Positions 47,109 to 55,970 of a stretch of 64,000 nt of DNA are shown piece by piece (positions within the stretch are counted from its first letter, which is position 1; every line of letters starts with the position of its first letter). This DNA is from an uncultured cyanobacterium (GTDB taxonomy: Bacteria > Cyanobacteriota > Cyanobacteriia > PCC-6307 > Cyanobiaceae), in the NCBI GenBank assembly GCA_963765575.1, contig CAVXWZ010000008.1, forward strand, positions 128,001 through 192,000. Reading direction: 5' to 3'. The notes under the pieces were generated by a model, which ran no database searches, was not told where the DNA came from, and was given only the letters and a program-made list of their open reading frames with translations. Made by a program: the position numbers and the translations under genes.

Positions 47109-47552
47109 ATGACGCAGTCTCCGGTCCGCGGTGGCGAGCAGCGCACCCTTGGCCTCTCCTACGTGCTCTGGTGTTTGGGCCTGCTGGGGGTCTGCGGGCT
47201 GCAGCGCTTCTACAACCGCAAGCCCTACAGCGGCACCCTCTACCTGCTCACCCTCGGCCTGTGCGGCCTCGGCCAGCTGCTGGACCTGTGGCTGATGCCG
47301 GAGATGGTGGAGCAGGCCAATGCCTTGCCGCTGCTGCGCTCAGCACCGCTCTCGCTGGAGCGCCAGTTGCTGGAGCTGGCGCGCCACAGCGGTGAGACCG
47401 GCTTCACCCTCAACGACGCGCTGCTGGCCCTTGAACGCGGCAGTGGCGTGGGCAGCGAAGCGGTGCGCGCGGAGATCCAGCATCTTCTGGAGGTGCACCT
47501 GCTGGATGTGGGCAACGACAGCCGGGGCCGGGTGGTGTATCGGGAGCCCTGA
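47109..47552 (+). CDS. TM2/NINE domain protein with a C-terminal winged-helix-like segment
   Basis: SYVLW.LG.LG.CGLQRFY..K..G.LYLLT.GLCG.GQLLDL. Confidence 0.85.
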   Translation: MTQSPVRGGEQRTLGLSYVLWCLGLLGVCGLQRFYNRKPYSGTLYLLTLGLCGLGQLLDLWLMPEMVEQANALPLLRSAPLSLERQLLELARHSGETGFTLNDALLALERGSGVGSEAVRAEIQHLLEVHLLDVGNDSRGRVVYREP

Positions 47553-47557
47553 GCGGC

Positions 47558-48190
47558 TCAGCCGGCGCCCTGGTGCCGTTCCAGGGCGGAGCGGTAGAAG
47601 GCCACCAGGGCCTGGCGGCTCTTGGCCGGCTGGCCGTAGTAGCTGCCTCCGTGGTGGGCCGGCAGGGAGGCCCATTCCGGCGCCAGACGCGCCATCACGT
47701 CGGCGGTCAGGCCGGCCCGGTCGAACAGCTGCAGAGCACCGCGGCGCTCCACCAGGTGCAGGGCGGCCTGGTCCTGGTTGTGGGGTTCGAAGCTGTTGAG
47801 ATCGAGCTGGCGGGCCACGGCCTTCCAGGTGGCGGGGAGAAACTGGTAGGCGCCGGCAGCGGCACTGGTGTAGCGACGCTGCACGCTGATCTCGGGATGG
47901 CGCTCCAGCCCCTCGAAGAGACCACCGCCGTAGAGCACGCGGTAGCCCTCAGCGCTGCCACCTTTCCAGGTGCCCTCGGCGTAGCGCAGGGTGTCCAGCA
48001 GGGCGCGGCGCTCCGGGGTGAGGGCGTAGGGGGCGGGATCCGCCTCCCGCACGGCCACAGCGGGGCTGGGCTGGGGCAGCTCCGGCAGCGGCCTGAGGCT
48101 GGAGACCGCGGTGGCAGGTCTGGGGATCGGCAGCACGGTGGCCATGGCAATAGCGACGACCGTGGAGGCGAACAGGCGAGGGCGAGTCAG
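47558..48190 (-). CDS. Lambda-R-type muramidase / lytic transglycosylase (GH104-like)
   Basis: RALLDTLRYAEGT (catalytic Glu), SAAAGAYQFL..TW, F.P.NQD.AA, EWASLP; start uncertain (CTG 48190 keeps the signal peptide, nearest ATG is 48145). Confidence 0.88.
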   Translation of the reverse strand: MTRPRLFASTVVAIAMATVLPIPRPATAVSSLRPLPELPQPSPAVAVREADPAPYALTPERRALLDTLRYAEGTWKGGSAEGYRVLYGGGLFEGLERHPEISVQRRYTSAAAGAYQFLPATWKAVARQLDLNSFEPHNQDQAALHLVERRGALQLFDRAGLTADVMARLAPEWASLPAHHGGSYYGQPAKSRQALVAFYRSALERHQGAG

Positions 48191-48293
48191 GGGCGATGGA
48201 ATCGGGCTGCATGACCTTGCTGGTCCGAGGTGCCCCTCAGCTACAGCACTGGCCCTGGGGTTGACAAAAGCAGGCCAGTGTGCAGTTAGAGGC
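48189..48293 (-). other. Structured 5' leader of the muramidase gene (candidate cis-regulatory RNA)
   Basis: Perfect 8-bp CACTGGCC/GGCCAGTG core extended by CTGCA/TGTAG and CCTC/GAGG; small GACC-AGCAA-GGTC hairpin; alternative AGGGGC/GCCCCT helix. Confidence 0.45.
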
Positions 48294-48354
48294 GAGTAAC
48301 GAAATGCGTCGCAGCTGCGACGGCTGTTGCCATCTGGCGGCAGAGCCACTGTGG

Positions 48355-48387
48355 GCAGCACTGATCAGCGCAGCTGATCAGTGCTGC
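48355..48387. terminator. Perfect 15-bp hairpin just after the trpS stop (no U-tail)
   Basis: GCAGCACTGATCAGC-GCA-GCTGATCAGTGCTGC. Confidence 0.6.
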
Positions 48388-48396
48388 GGGTTCCGT

Positions 48397-49449
48397 TCAG
48401 GGCGCCTGGGGTGGGTGGCGCTTGACCGGCGGCAGGAATCCGAGCGCATCGCGCACCCGCTGCAGCGTGGCGGTGGCCACGGCCAGGGCCCTTTCGCGCC
48501 CGTCCGCCAGCACCCCCTCCAGGGTGGCCGGGTCGGCGCGCAGGTCGCGGTAGCGCTCCTGAATGGGCCGGAGCGCCTCCACGGCGGCCTCGGCGAGCCG
48601 GGGCTTGAAGCCACCCCACCCCATCGCCGCGCATTCCGCCGCCACGGCCGCGCGGCTCTGGCCCGAGAGCAGGGCGTAGAGGCCCAGCAGGTTGTCAGCT
48701 TCGGGTCGCTCGGGATTGCCGAACTCCAGTCCCATGGTGGCGTCGGTGCGGGCGCGCTGGATCTTGCGGCTGATCAGCTCCGGCGGGTCGAGCAGGGCGA
48801 TGCGTGACCCTTGGTTGGGATCGCTCTTGCTCATCTTGCTGCTGCCGTCGCTGAGACTCATCACCCGGGCTCCTTCGGCCAGGATCATCGGCTCGGGCAC
48901 CTTCAGCACCGGCTGCGCTTCGCCGTCGGCGGCCGGGGCTGGGAAGCGGGCATTGATGCGCTGCTGGGCGATGTCGCGGGCCAGCTCCAGATGCTGTTTC
49001 TGGTCCTCCCCCACCGGCACCCGGTCGGCGTCATAGAGAAGGATGTCGGCGGCCATCAGCACCGGGTAATCCAGCAGCCCCGCCGACACCTGGTCGCCCT
49101 GCCTGAGCGCCTTCTCCTTGAACTGGATCATGCGCTCCAGCCAGTTCAGGGGGGTGACGCAGTTGAGCAGCCAGCACAGCTCGCTGTGGGCCGGCACCTG
49201 GCTCTGCACGAACACCGTCGAGAGGGCCGGATCGATGCCGCAGGCCAGGTAGAGGCCAGCGGTGGTGAGGGTGTCCTCGGCCAGGCGCGCCGGATCGTGG
49301 GGCACCGTAATGGCGTGCAGATCGACCACACAGAAAAAGGTGTCGTGGTCCTGCTGGAGCTCAACCCAGTTGCGGATGGCGCCCAGCCAGTTGCCCAGAT
49401 GCAGGGCGCCGGTGGGCTGGACGCCGGAGAGGACCCGGGGCCTGGTCAT
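48397..49449 (-). CDS. trpS: Tryptophan-tRNA ligase
   Basis: SGVQPTG.LHLGN (HIGH), YPVLMAADIL, VPVGEDQKQHLE, KMSKS. Confidence 0.98.
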   Translation of the reverse strand: MTRPRVLSGVQPTGALHLGNWLGAIRNWVELQQDHDTFFCVVDLHAITVPHDPARLAEDTLTTAGLYLACGIDPALSTVFVQSQVPAHSELCWLLNCVTPLNWLERMIQFKEKALRQGDQVSAGLLDYPVLMAADILLYDADRVPVGEDQKQHLELARDIAQQRINARFPAPAADGEAQPVLKVPEPMILAEGARVMSLSDGSSKMSKSDPNQGSRIALLDPPELISRKIQRARTDATMGLEFGNPERPEADNLLGLYALLSGQSRAAVAAECAAMGWGGFKPRLAEAAVEALRPIQERYRDLRADPATLEGVLADGRERALAVATATLQRVRDALGFLPPVKRHPPQAP

Positions 49450-49454
49450 GGCGA

Positions 49455-50045
49455 TCAGCCTGCGCCGGGGGTCTCGGTGGAATCCGCCGGGATCTCTGCG
49501 CCTGGAGCCTCGGCGGAGCCATCGGCATCAGCGGCGGGCCTGGGATCGACGGTGGCGTCTGGGGCGGCGTCGACCGCGGGCTCCAGGGCGGCTTCCGGCT
49601 CCGGGGCCGCCTCGGGTTCAGGTGCCGCGACCGGGGCCGGGCGGGCCGGCCGGGCGAAGGGGTCAACCCGAGGGGCACGGTCCTGGCGACCGCCCCTGCC
49701 GACCTGGCGACCGCCGCCCTCGCCGCCCCGTCCGCCATCTCTGCCTCCAGCTCTTCCTCCGTCTCTGCCGCCCTCACGCTCCCCATCCCGGCCGCCGCCA
49801 CTGGGCGCGGGCTGATTTTGCTGCTGGGCCACCAGCGCGTCGAGCTGGCCGTCCTCCAGCATCTGGGCGATGGTGCGCACCGAGAAGCCCAGTACGGCCA
49901 CGGTGGAGCGCAGCCGGAAGGCTTCCTGGACGCTGCGGGCGGCACGCATCTCGTTGTCGCTCAGGCGGATCCGAAAGCCGCCTCCCTCGCGGTTGCCGGC
50001 GTTGCGCCCGGCCTGGGGCGCTGGCGTGTTGGAGTCGTCAACCAT
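49455..50045 (-). CDS. Conserved hypothetical protein with an RGG/RDGG-rich region
   Basis: GGFRIRLSDNEMRAAR...RSTVAVLGFSVRT core, low-complexity RDGG repeats, DPFARP, acidic tail. Confidence 0.8.
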   Translation of the reverse strand: MVDDSNTPAPQAGRNAGNREGGGFRIRLSDNEMRAARSVQEAFRLRSTVAVLGFSVRTIAQMLEDGQLDALVAQQQNQPAPSGGGRDGEREGGRDGGRAGGRDGGRGGEGGGRQVGRGGRQDRAPRVDPFARPARPAPVAAPEPEAAPEPEAALEPAVDAAPDATVDPRPAADADGSAEAPGAEIPADSTETPGAG

Positions 50046-50061
50046 GGCGGCAACCGCTGGA

Positions 50062-50601
50062 TCAGGCGCAAGTGTGCCGCATCGTCACATGCTGGCTGGG
50101 AAGCCAGTGCAGCCTGTGCTGCCCCTGCTCCTGCGGTCGCCTCAGCACCAGCAGCGGCAGGCGTCGGCCGCCACTGGCGGCCAGCCCGCTGCGGTAGTCG
50201 TGCAGCAACTGGAGATAGTCGGCGAAGGTCCAGCCGCAGGAGCGCTGCTCCTGCTGCTGCCAGTGCAGGCGCTGGGCCCGCTGGCAGGCCGGGGCCCCGA
50301 AGTCCTGCCAGCACACCAGCTGGGCCGACCAGGGATCGCTGCCCTCTTGCACGAGCTGGCGCCAGCGCATCAGCTCGGGGGCCTCGGCGCTGGTGTCCGC
50401 CGGCACGGCGACGGCCAGGTTGGCCACCGTCACGGCCCGCAACTGCAGCCAGCTGCGCTCCATCAGCACCACCGGCAGGCCGCCATGCCAGCCCGGCGCC
50501 GCCTCCAGCTCCGCCAACCAGCCCTGCAAATGGCAGGTCTGGGCGGCCGTGAGAGCGGACAGCAGGTCGGAAGTGGGACCGCTCAGAGCGGGCTCAGCCA
50601 T
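50062..50601 (-). CDS. Conserved hypothetical protein
   Basis: GLPVVLMERSWLQL, APEL.R, A..CWQDFG..AC.RA, LPLLVL. Confidence 0.7.
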   Translation of the reverse strand: MAEPALSGPTSDLLSALTAAQTCHLQGWLAELEAAPGWHGGLPVVLMERSWLQLRAVTVANLAVAVPADTSAEAPELMRWRQLVQEGSDPWSAQLVCWQDFGAPACQRAQRLHWQQQEQRSCGWTFADYLQLLHDYRSGLAASGGRRLPLLVLRRPQEQGQHRLHWLPSQHVTMRHTCA

Positions 50602-50748
50602 GGCTGGGACAGATCGAGGGTGGGCTGTCGGGCGCGGCGCTCCCGACGGCAAGGTTATGGGGTTTTGTCTGGGCTGGCCTGCTCCCCTGGCCCGGGGTCT
50701 GGGTCGCCCCCGCGGGCCATGGCCGCCCTCCTGAGCTAAACAAGCTCA

Positions 50749-52233
50749 GTGCACACCACCGCGTTGACCTCCCCGCCGTCACCGCCCGTTCCGGCGCCCG
50801 CAGCCCCTGCCCGCGGCCGTGGGGCCGCAGTCGGCCTGGCGTCGTCCCTGGCGGGTGTGGCCTGGCGCCGGCTCTGGCCCCTGGCGGCTGCCACGGCGGC
50901 CGGAGGCCTCGCCCTCGATGGTCTGGGGCGTCTGGCCGGTGGGCCGTTGCTCTCGACAGCGGTCGCCGCCGCCGGCCTCGGTGTCCTCTGGTGGTTGAGG
51001 CCCACTGGCCAGCGCGTCAGCGGGCCCGCACCGGCCGACGTGAATGGCTGGCTGCGGCGTCTCGAGGCCCTGGAGCCCCAGTTCCTGCGCCTGGATCCCG
51101 CCCTGGCCGCCGCCGCGGCCAGTCCGCCGCTGGCAGGCCAGCGGCGGCAACTGGAGCTGGCCAGCCTGCGCGGCCAGCTGGAGCGCCCGGGCCTGCATCT
51201 GGCCCTGGTGGGTCGCCCACCTGCCGATCAGGTCTGGCGCGGGCGGCTGGCGGCGGCCCTGCAGGGCCCCCAGTCGCTCACGCTGCACTGGGCCCGGCCG
51301 CTGCCGGCGGCGAGCGAGACCTGGCACTGGCCCGAGCCCTTCGCCAGCTGCGACCTGCTGGTGTATTGCCTCTCGACACCACTGATGGCGGCCGATCTGC
51401 GCTGGCTGGAGGCCCTGCCCCCCGGCCAGCCGCTGTGGCTGTTGCTCAACGCCAGCGCTGACGCCCTGGGTGAACGCCCCGGCGCTGAGCTGCTCAGCCA
51501 GCTCAATCTCGAGCCGGCGCCGCCGCTGCTGCACTGGACCCACCCCGACGACCTGGCCGCTGCCCTGCAGCCCCTGGCGCGGCAGTGCCTGGCTGAGGCA
51601 CCGCGCCTGCGCCGTCAGCGCCAGATCCGCTGCCTCGAGGCCCTGCACGGCCGCTGGCAGGGAGAACTGGAGCACCTGCGCCGCGGCCACTTTCAGGCCC
51701 TGCAGCAGCGCACCCAGTGGCTGGTGGCCGCAGGTGTGGTGGCGGCGCCACTGCCCAGCCTGGATCTGCTGGTGCTGGCGGTGGCCAATGGCCTGATGGT
51801 CAGGGAGATGGCCCAGCTCTGGGACTGCCCCTGGAACGGGGAGCAGCTACGCGCCATGGCCATGGAGCTGGCCCGGGCCTCCCTGAGCCTGGGGGTCGTG
51901 GAGTGGAGCACCCAGGCCCTGGCCGGAGCGGTGAAATGGCATGGGGCCACCTGGCTGTTGGGCAGCGCCGTGCAGGCGCTGAGCGCGGCCTACCTCACCC
52001 GGGTGGTGGGGCGGGCGATGGCCGACACCCTGGCGCGCTCGGTGGGGGTGCAGGAACCGGATCTGGAGCGCCTGCGCCGTGAGGCGCCGCTGCTGGTGGC
52101 CCGGGCGGCCGAACGGGAAAGGATCGACTGGCCGGTCTTCCTGCGCCAGGGCCGGCAGTGGCTGGCGCAACAGGCGGCGCTACCCCCAGCCAGACACCAC
52201 GGCCCGGGCAACACTGCGCAACAGCCAGCGTGA
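50749..52233 (+). CDS. YcjF/DUF697 family membrane protein
   Basis: N-terminal TM segments; C-terminal AAPLPSLDLL..NGLM..EMA..W, QALSAAYLTRVVG. Confidence 0.8.
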   Translation: MHTTALTSPPSPPVPAPAAPARGRGAAVGLASSLAGVAWRRLWPLAAATAAGGLALDGLGRLAGGPLLSTAVAAAGLGVLWWLRPTGQRVSGPAPADVNGWLRRLEALEPQFLRLDPALAAAAASPPLAGQRRQLELASLRGQLERPGLHLALVGRPPADQVWRGRLAAALQGPQSLTLHWARPLPAASETWHWPEPFASCDLLVYCLSTPLMAADLRWLEALPPGQPLWLLLNASADALGERPGAELLSQLNLEPAPPLLHWTHPDDLAAALQPLARQCLAEAPRLRRQRQIRCLEALHGRWQGELEHLRRGHFQALQQRTQWLVAAGVVAAPLPSLDLLVLAVANGLMVREMAQLWDCPWNGEQLRAMAMELARASLSLGVVEWSTQALAGAVKWHGATWLLGSAVQALSAAYLTRVVGRAMADTLARSVGVQEPDLERLRREAPLLVARAAERERIDWPVFLRQGRQWLAQQAALPPARHHGPGNTAQQPA

Positions 52234-52269
52234 AGAACTCCTAAGGGTCTGAACGTTTTTTTGCGGCTG

Positions 52270-52451
52270 CTGAACAAGCGGCCCATTGCCCGTAGCGTTT
52301 TCATACATCAGCCCATGGGTGCATTGGTGCCCCTCCCGTCAGCTCAACGACCTGGTGTCACAAGTTGTCCCTGGCGTCGCCTGGCTGGCTGGTGTCCCCC
52401 GTTCTCATTTTTTCTTCTCCTCTCTGACCATTCGTTCCTGAGGATTTCTCC
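52270..52451 (+). promoter_or_regulatory. psbA promoter and about 150-nt 5' UTR
   Basis: Candidate -10 TAGCGT (52293-52298); GGGTGC-ATTG-GTGCCC hairpin; GTCAGC/GCTGGC arm; pyrimidine tract; GAGGA before the ATG. Confidence 0.5.
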
Positions 52452-53528
52452 ATGACGACTGCTCTGCGCAGCGGCCGCTCCGGAAGCTGGGAAAGCTTCT
52501 GCCAGTGGATCACCTCCACCAACAACCGCATCTATGTGGGTTGGTTTGGTGTGCTGATGATCCCCTGCCTGCTGGCGGCCACCATCTGCTTCATCGTGGC
52601 CTTCATCGCCGCTCCCCCCGTCGACATCGACGGCATCCGTGAGCCCGTTGCCGGCTCCTTCCTCTACGGCAACAACATCATCTCCGGTGCTGTTGTGCCC
52701 TCCAGCAACGCCATCGGCCTGCACTTCTATCCCATCTGGGAAGCCGCTTCCCTCGATGAGTGGCTCTACAACGGTGGCCCCTACCAGCTGGTGGTGTTCC
52801 ACTTCCTGATCGGCATCTCCTCCTACATGGGCCGGCAGTGGGAACTCTCCTACCGCCTCGGCATGCGCCCCTGGATCTGCGTCGCCTACAGCGCGCCGCT
52901 GTCCGCCGCCTTCGCCGTATTCCTGGTGTATCCCTTCGGTCAGGGCTCCTTCTCCGACGGCATGCCCCTCGGCATCAGCGGCACCTTCAACTTCATGCTG
53001 GTGTTCCAGGCTGAGCACAACATCCTGATGCACCCCTTCCACATGCTCGGGGTGGCCGGTGTGTTCGGCGGCTCCCTGTTCTCGGCCATGCACGGCTCGC
53101 TGGTGACCAGCAGCCTGGTGCGTGAGACCACCGAAACCGAAAGCCAGAACTACGGCTACAAGTTTGGTCAGGAGGAAGAGACTTACAACATCGTTGCGGC
53201 CCACGGCTACTTCGGTCGTCTGATCTTCCAGTACGCCTCCTTCAACAACAGCCGCAGCCTGCACTTCTTCCTGGCCGCCTGGCCGGTGGTGGGCATCTGG
53301 TTCACCAGCCTGGGCATCAGCACGATGGCCTTCAACCTCAACGGCTTCAACTTCAACCAGTCGATTCTGGATGCCCAGGGCAAGGTGGTGCCCACCTGGG
53401 CTGATGTGATCAACCGCGCCAACCTGGGCATGGAAGTGATGCACGAGCGCAACGCCCACAACTTCCCCCTCGACCTGGCGACGGCCGAGTCGACCCCTGT
53501 GGCGCTGATCGCCCCAGCCATCGGTTGA
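52452..53528 (+). CDS. psbA: Photosystem II D1 protein, D1:1 type (Gln at the 130-equivalent position)
   Basis: Full D1 sequence; [26 protein letters not shown] plus C-terminal extension. Confidence 0.99.
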   Translation: MTTALRSGRSGSWESFCQWITSTNNRIYVGWFGVLMIPCLLAATICFIVAFIAAPPVDIDGIREPVAGSFLYGNNIISGAVVPSSNAIGLHFYPIWEAASLDEWLYNGGPYQLVVFHFLIGISSYMGRQWELSYRLGMRPWICVAYSAPLSAAFAVFLVYPFGQGSFSDGMPLGISGTFNFMLVFQAEHNILMHPFHMLGVAGVFGGSLFSAMHGSLVTSSLVRETTETESQNYGYKFGQEEETYNIVAAHGYFGRLIFQYASFNNSRSLHFFLAAWPVVGIWFTSLGISTMAFNLNGFNFNQSILDAQGKVVPTWADVINRANLGMEVMHERNAHNFPLDLATAESTPVALIAPAIG

Positions 53529-53554
53529 CCATCCGGACTGAATCCAGCCATCTG

Positions 53555-53582
53555 GCCCCCTCGATGCAGGGGGCTTTTTGTT
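53555..53582 (+). terminator. Intrinsic terminator of psbA
   Basis: GCCCCCT-CGATGC-AGGGGGC followed by TTTTTGTT. Confidence 0.88.
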
Positions 53583-53659
53583 GCCCGGCTGGCACGAGCC
53601 CGCCGCTGCGGGCATCAGACTGACTGCGTCGCAGCGAGCCCGCCGGCTGGCGGCGCCTG

Positions 53660-54877
53660 TTGCGCCCTTTCGCCGCTGTGCCGCCTCCCTCCTTGCCCGC
53701 CGCTTCCGCCGACCTGCCTCAGCCGGCCCGCCAGCACTGGTCCTGGTGGCCCCTGCTCCCCCTCTACCCCTATGGCCGCCGTCGCACCCTGGTGCGGGAG
53801 CTGATCCCCAACCAGCTGTGGAGTTTCGAGCAGCTGCAGGGACTGTTCTATGTGGCCGTACCGATCCGCATGACGGTGGTGCGCCTGCGTCAGGGGTTGA
53901 TGCTCTATGCGCCCCTGCCCCCCACCGCCGAACTGCTGGCGGCCCTGCGCCAGCTGGAAGCCACCTACGGCCCGGTGCGCAGCATCGTGCTGCCCACCGC
54001 GTCCGGGCTGGAGCACAAGCTGCCGGCTCCGGCCCTGGCCAGGGCCTGTCCCCAGGCGGAGCTCTGGGTGACCCCCCGCCAGTGGAGCTTCCCCCTGCGG
54101 CTGCCGCAGCGCTGGCTGGGTTTTCCCGCCGGCCGCACGCGCGTGTTGTTTGAGCAGGGTCTGCCCCATCCCGATGAGCTGCTGTGGCGGGCCCTGGGTC
54201 CTTTGGACCTTGGCCTGGGCACGTTCATGGAGGTGGCCTGCCTGCACCGCGCCAGCGGCTGCCTGCTGGTCACCGACGCTCTGGTGGCCATCGGCGCCGA
54301 TCCACCGGCCCTTTTCAACGGCGATCCCACCCCCCTGCTGTTCCATGCCCGCGACCGTGGCGACCAGCCCCTGGAGGACACTCCGGAGCAGCGCCGGCGG
54401 GGCTGGCGGCGGCTGGTGCTGTTTGCCTCCTACCTGCGCCCCGCTCCCCTCTCGGTGGCGGGTTGGGGGGAACTATTGCGCCAGGCCTTCGCCCCGGGCC
54501 TGCGCCGTCCCCGCAGCCACTTCGGCCTCTACCCGTTTCGCTGGCACCAGAACTGGGAGCAGGCGTTCCAGGAGCTGGTGCCCGACGATGGTCCCCGGAT
54601 ACAGGTGGCGCCGGTGCTGGAGCGGCTGGTGTTCCCACGCTGCCGCTCGGCCCTGGTGAGCTGGGTCCGCACGCTGGCGGAGCTGGGCGAGACCCGCTGG
54701 TTGGTGCCGGCCCACTACGAGGCCCCCGTGGCCTGCAGCCCGGAGCGGCTGGCCCAGCTTGCCGACGACCTGGAGGCTCGCCCATGGGCCTGCGATGACG
54801 GCAGCTGGGCCACCCTGGCCCGCATTGATCGCACCCTGCTGAAGCTGGGGCTGGTGCCCGCAGAGCCTGGATCCTGA
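53660..54877 (+). CDS. DUF4336 domain protein (metallo-beta-lactamase-like fold)
   Basis: WWPLLPLYPYGRRRT, VPIRMTVV, LPTASGLEHK, LLVTD, PAHY. Confidence 0.85.
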   Translation: MRPFAAVPPPSLPAASADLPQPARQHWSWWPLLPLYPYGRRRTLVRELIPNQLWSFEQLQGLFYVAVPIRMTVVRLRQGLMLYAPLPPTAELLAALRQLEATYGPVRSIVLPTASGLEHKLPAPALARACPQAELWVTPRQWSFPLRLPQRWLGFPAGRTRVLFEQGLPHPDELLWRALGPLDLGLGTFMEVACLHRASGCLLVTDALVAIGADPPALFNGDPTPLLFHARDRGDQPLEDTPEQRRRGWRRLVLFASYLRPAPLSVAGWGELLRQAFAPGLRRPRSHFGLYPFRWHQNWEQAFQELVPDDGPRIQVAPVLERLVFPRCRSALVSWVRTLAELGETRWLVPAHYEAPVACSPERLAQLADDLEARPWACDDGSWATLARIDRTLLKLGLVPAEPGS

Positions 54878-54893
54878 GGGCTGATCGCCTCGC

Positions 54894-55250
54894 TCAGAGC
54901 CGCAGGGGGCCAGGGTCGGCGTCCAGCTCGTCGCCATCACCGTTGCCCAGCAGGCTGGCCTCCAGTTCCATGCGCTGCTCCATCTGGCGCAGGAAGTAGC
55001 CCGTCATCATGGCCGAGGCCAGCAGGCCCGCCAGGTTGTCGCGGCTGGTCTGCACCTTCACCTCGAAGTGCTCACCGGGAAGCATCCCCAGCAGCCCCTG
55101 CACGTTGTGGCGAATGATGTCCTGAATCTCTCCGCTGGCGGAGCGGGCCACCCGCTGCAGCACATCCGGCGATTGGTCCTGGAGGTACTGGATCAGCGCA
55201 TTGCTGCTGATCGCTTCGTTGTCGCTCGTCAGGAACTCAGGGTTGAACAT
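54894..55250 (-). CDS. DUF760 domain protein
   Basis: NALIQYLQDQSP, LLASAMMTGYFLRQMEQRMELE. Confidence 0.88.
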   Translation of the reverse strand: MFNPEFLTSDNEAISSNALIQYLQDQSPDVLQRVARSASGEIQDIIRHNVQGLLGMLPGEHFEVKVQTSRDNLAGLLASAMMTGYFLRQMEQRMELEASLLGNGDGDELDADPGPLRL

Positions 55251-55279
55251 CCTGCCTGTGCGCTGCGTCACGCCCGACC

Positions 55280-55828
55280 TTAGTGCAGGGTCCCCGTGGG
55301 CTCCGGCGGGTTGCTGATCGGGCCGAATCTGGCCAGGGGCCAGTAGCGCCAGATGGCGGTGCCGATCAGTTGCTCCTCGCTCAGCGGACCCCAGAGATGG
55401 GAATCGAGGCTGGCGTTGCGGTTGTCACCCAGCACCAGCAGGTGTCCGGCGGGGACGGTCAGCGGCCCGAGGGTGTAATCAATCGGCTCTGGGTTCCAGT
55501 CGCCCGGCAGCGGCTCTCCATTGCGCCAGAGCTGGCCGCCGCGCACCTCAATGCTGTCACCGGCCCGACCCACCACCCGTTTGATCAAGGCGCTGGCGGG
55601 GTCGTAGCCAGCTTCCTGCAGCACCGCTGGCGGATGAAACACCACCACGCTGCCCAGGGGCGGGTGCCGGTGCAGACGCGCCCGCACTTTCTCCACCAGC
55701 ACCCGATCCTGCAGTTGCAGGGCGGGCAGCATCGATCCCGAGGGGATCCAGCGAGGTTCGATCACCGCCCAGCGCAGCAGCAGGGCCACGGCCACCCAGG
55801 CCAGCAGCGGCAGCAGTTGGCGCCGCAA
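55280..55828 (-). CDS. lepB: Signal peptidase I
   Basis: IPSGSM.P.L..DR, LIKRVVG, LGDNRNASLDSH.WG; the true start may be TTG 55892 if the C6 or C5G5 run carries an extra base. Confidence 0.93.
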   Translation of the reverse strand: MRRQLLPLLAWVAVALLLRWAVIEPRWIPSGSMLPALQLQDRVLVEKVRARLHRHPPLGSVVVFHPPAVLQEAGYDPASALIKRVVGRAGDSIEVRGGQLWRNGEPLPGDWNPEPIDYTLGPLTVPAGHLLVLGDNRNASLDSHLWGPLSEEQLIGTAIWRYWPLARFGPISNPPEPTGTLH

Positions 55829-55970
55829 CGCCGCCCAACCCCCGGGGGCTGGGGGGCGTTGGCGAAGGCTGGTCAGTCGCCGGTGCGCCCAAGCCGAACG
55901 GGAAGATGGTCACTCCATCCTGCAGCGCTGCCCCGCCCGTGGTGCAGGGCAGCGCTGCGTCCGCCGCCCG

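Noticed and set aside
48180..48360. c-di-AMP (ydaO) riboswitch or T-box
   Set aside because: I cannot find either consensus, and the element lies downstream of trpS rather than upstream
47558..48400. Prophage or lysis cassette
   Set aside because: No holin, integrase, att sites, tRNA or structural genes; flanks are housekeeping genes
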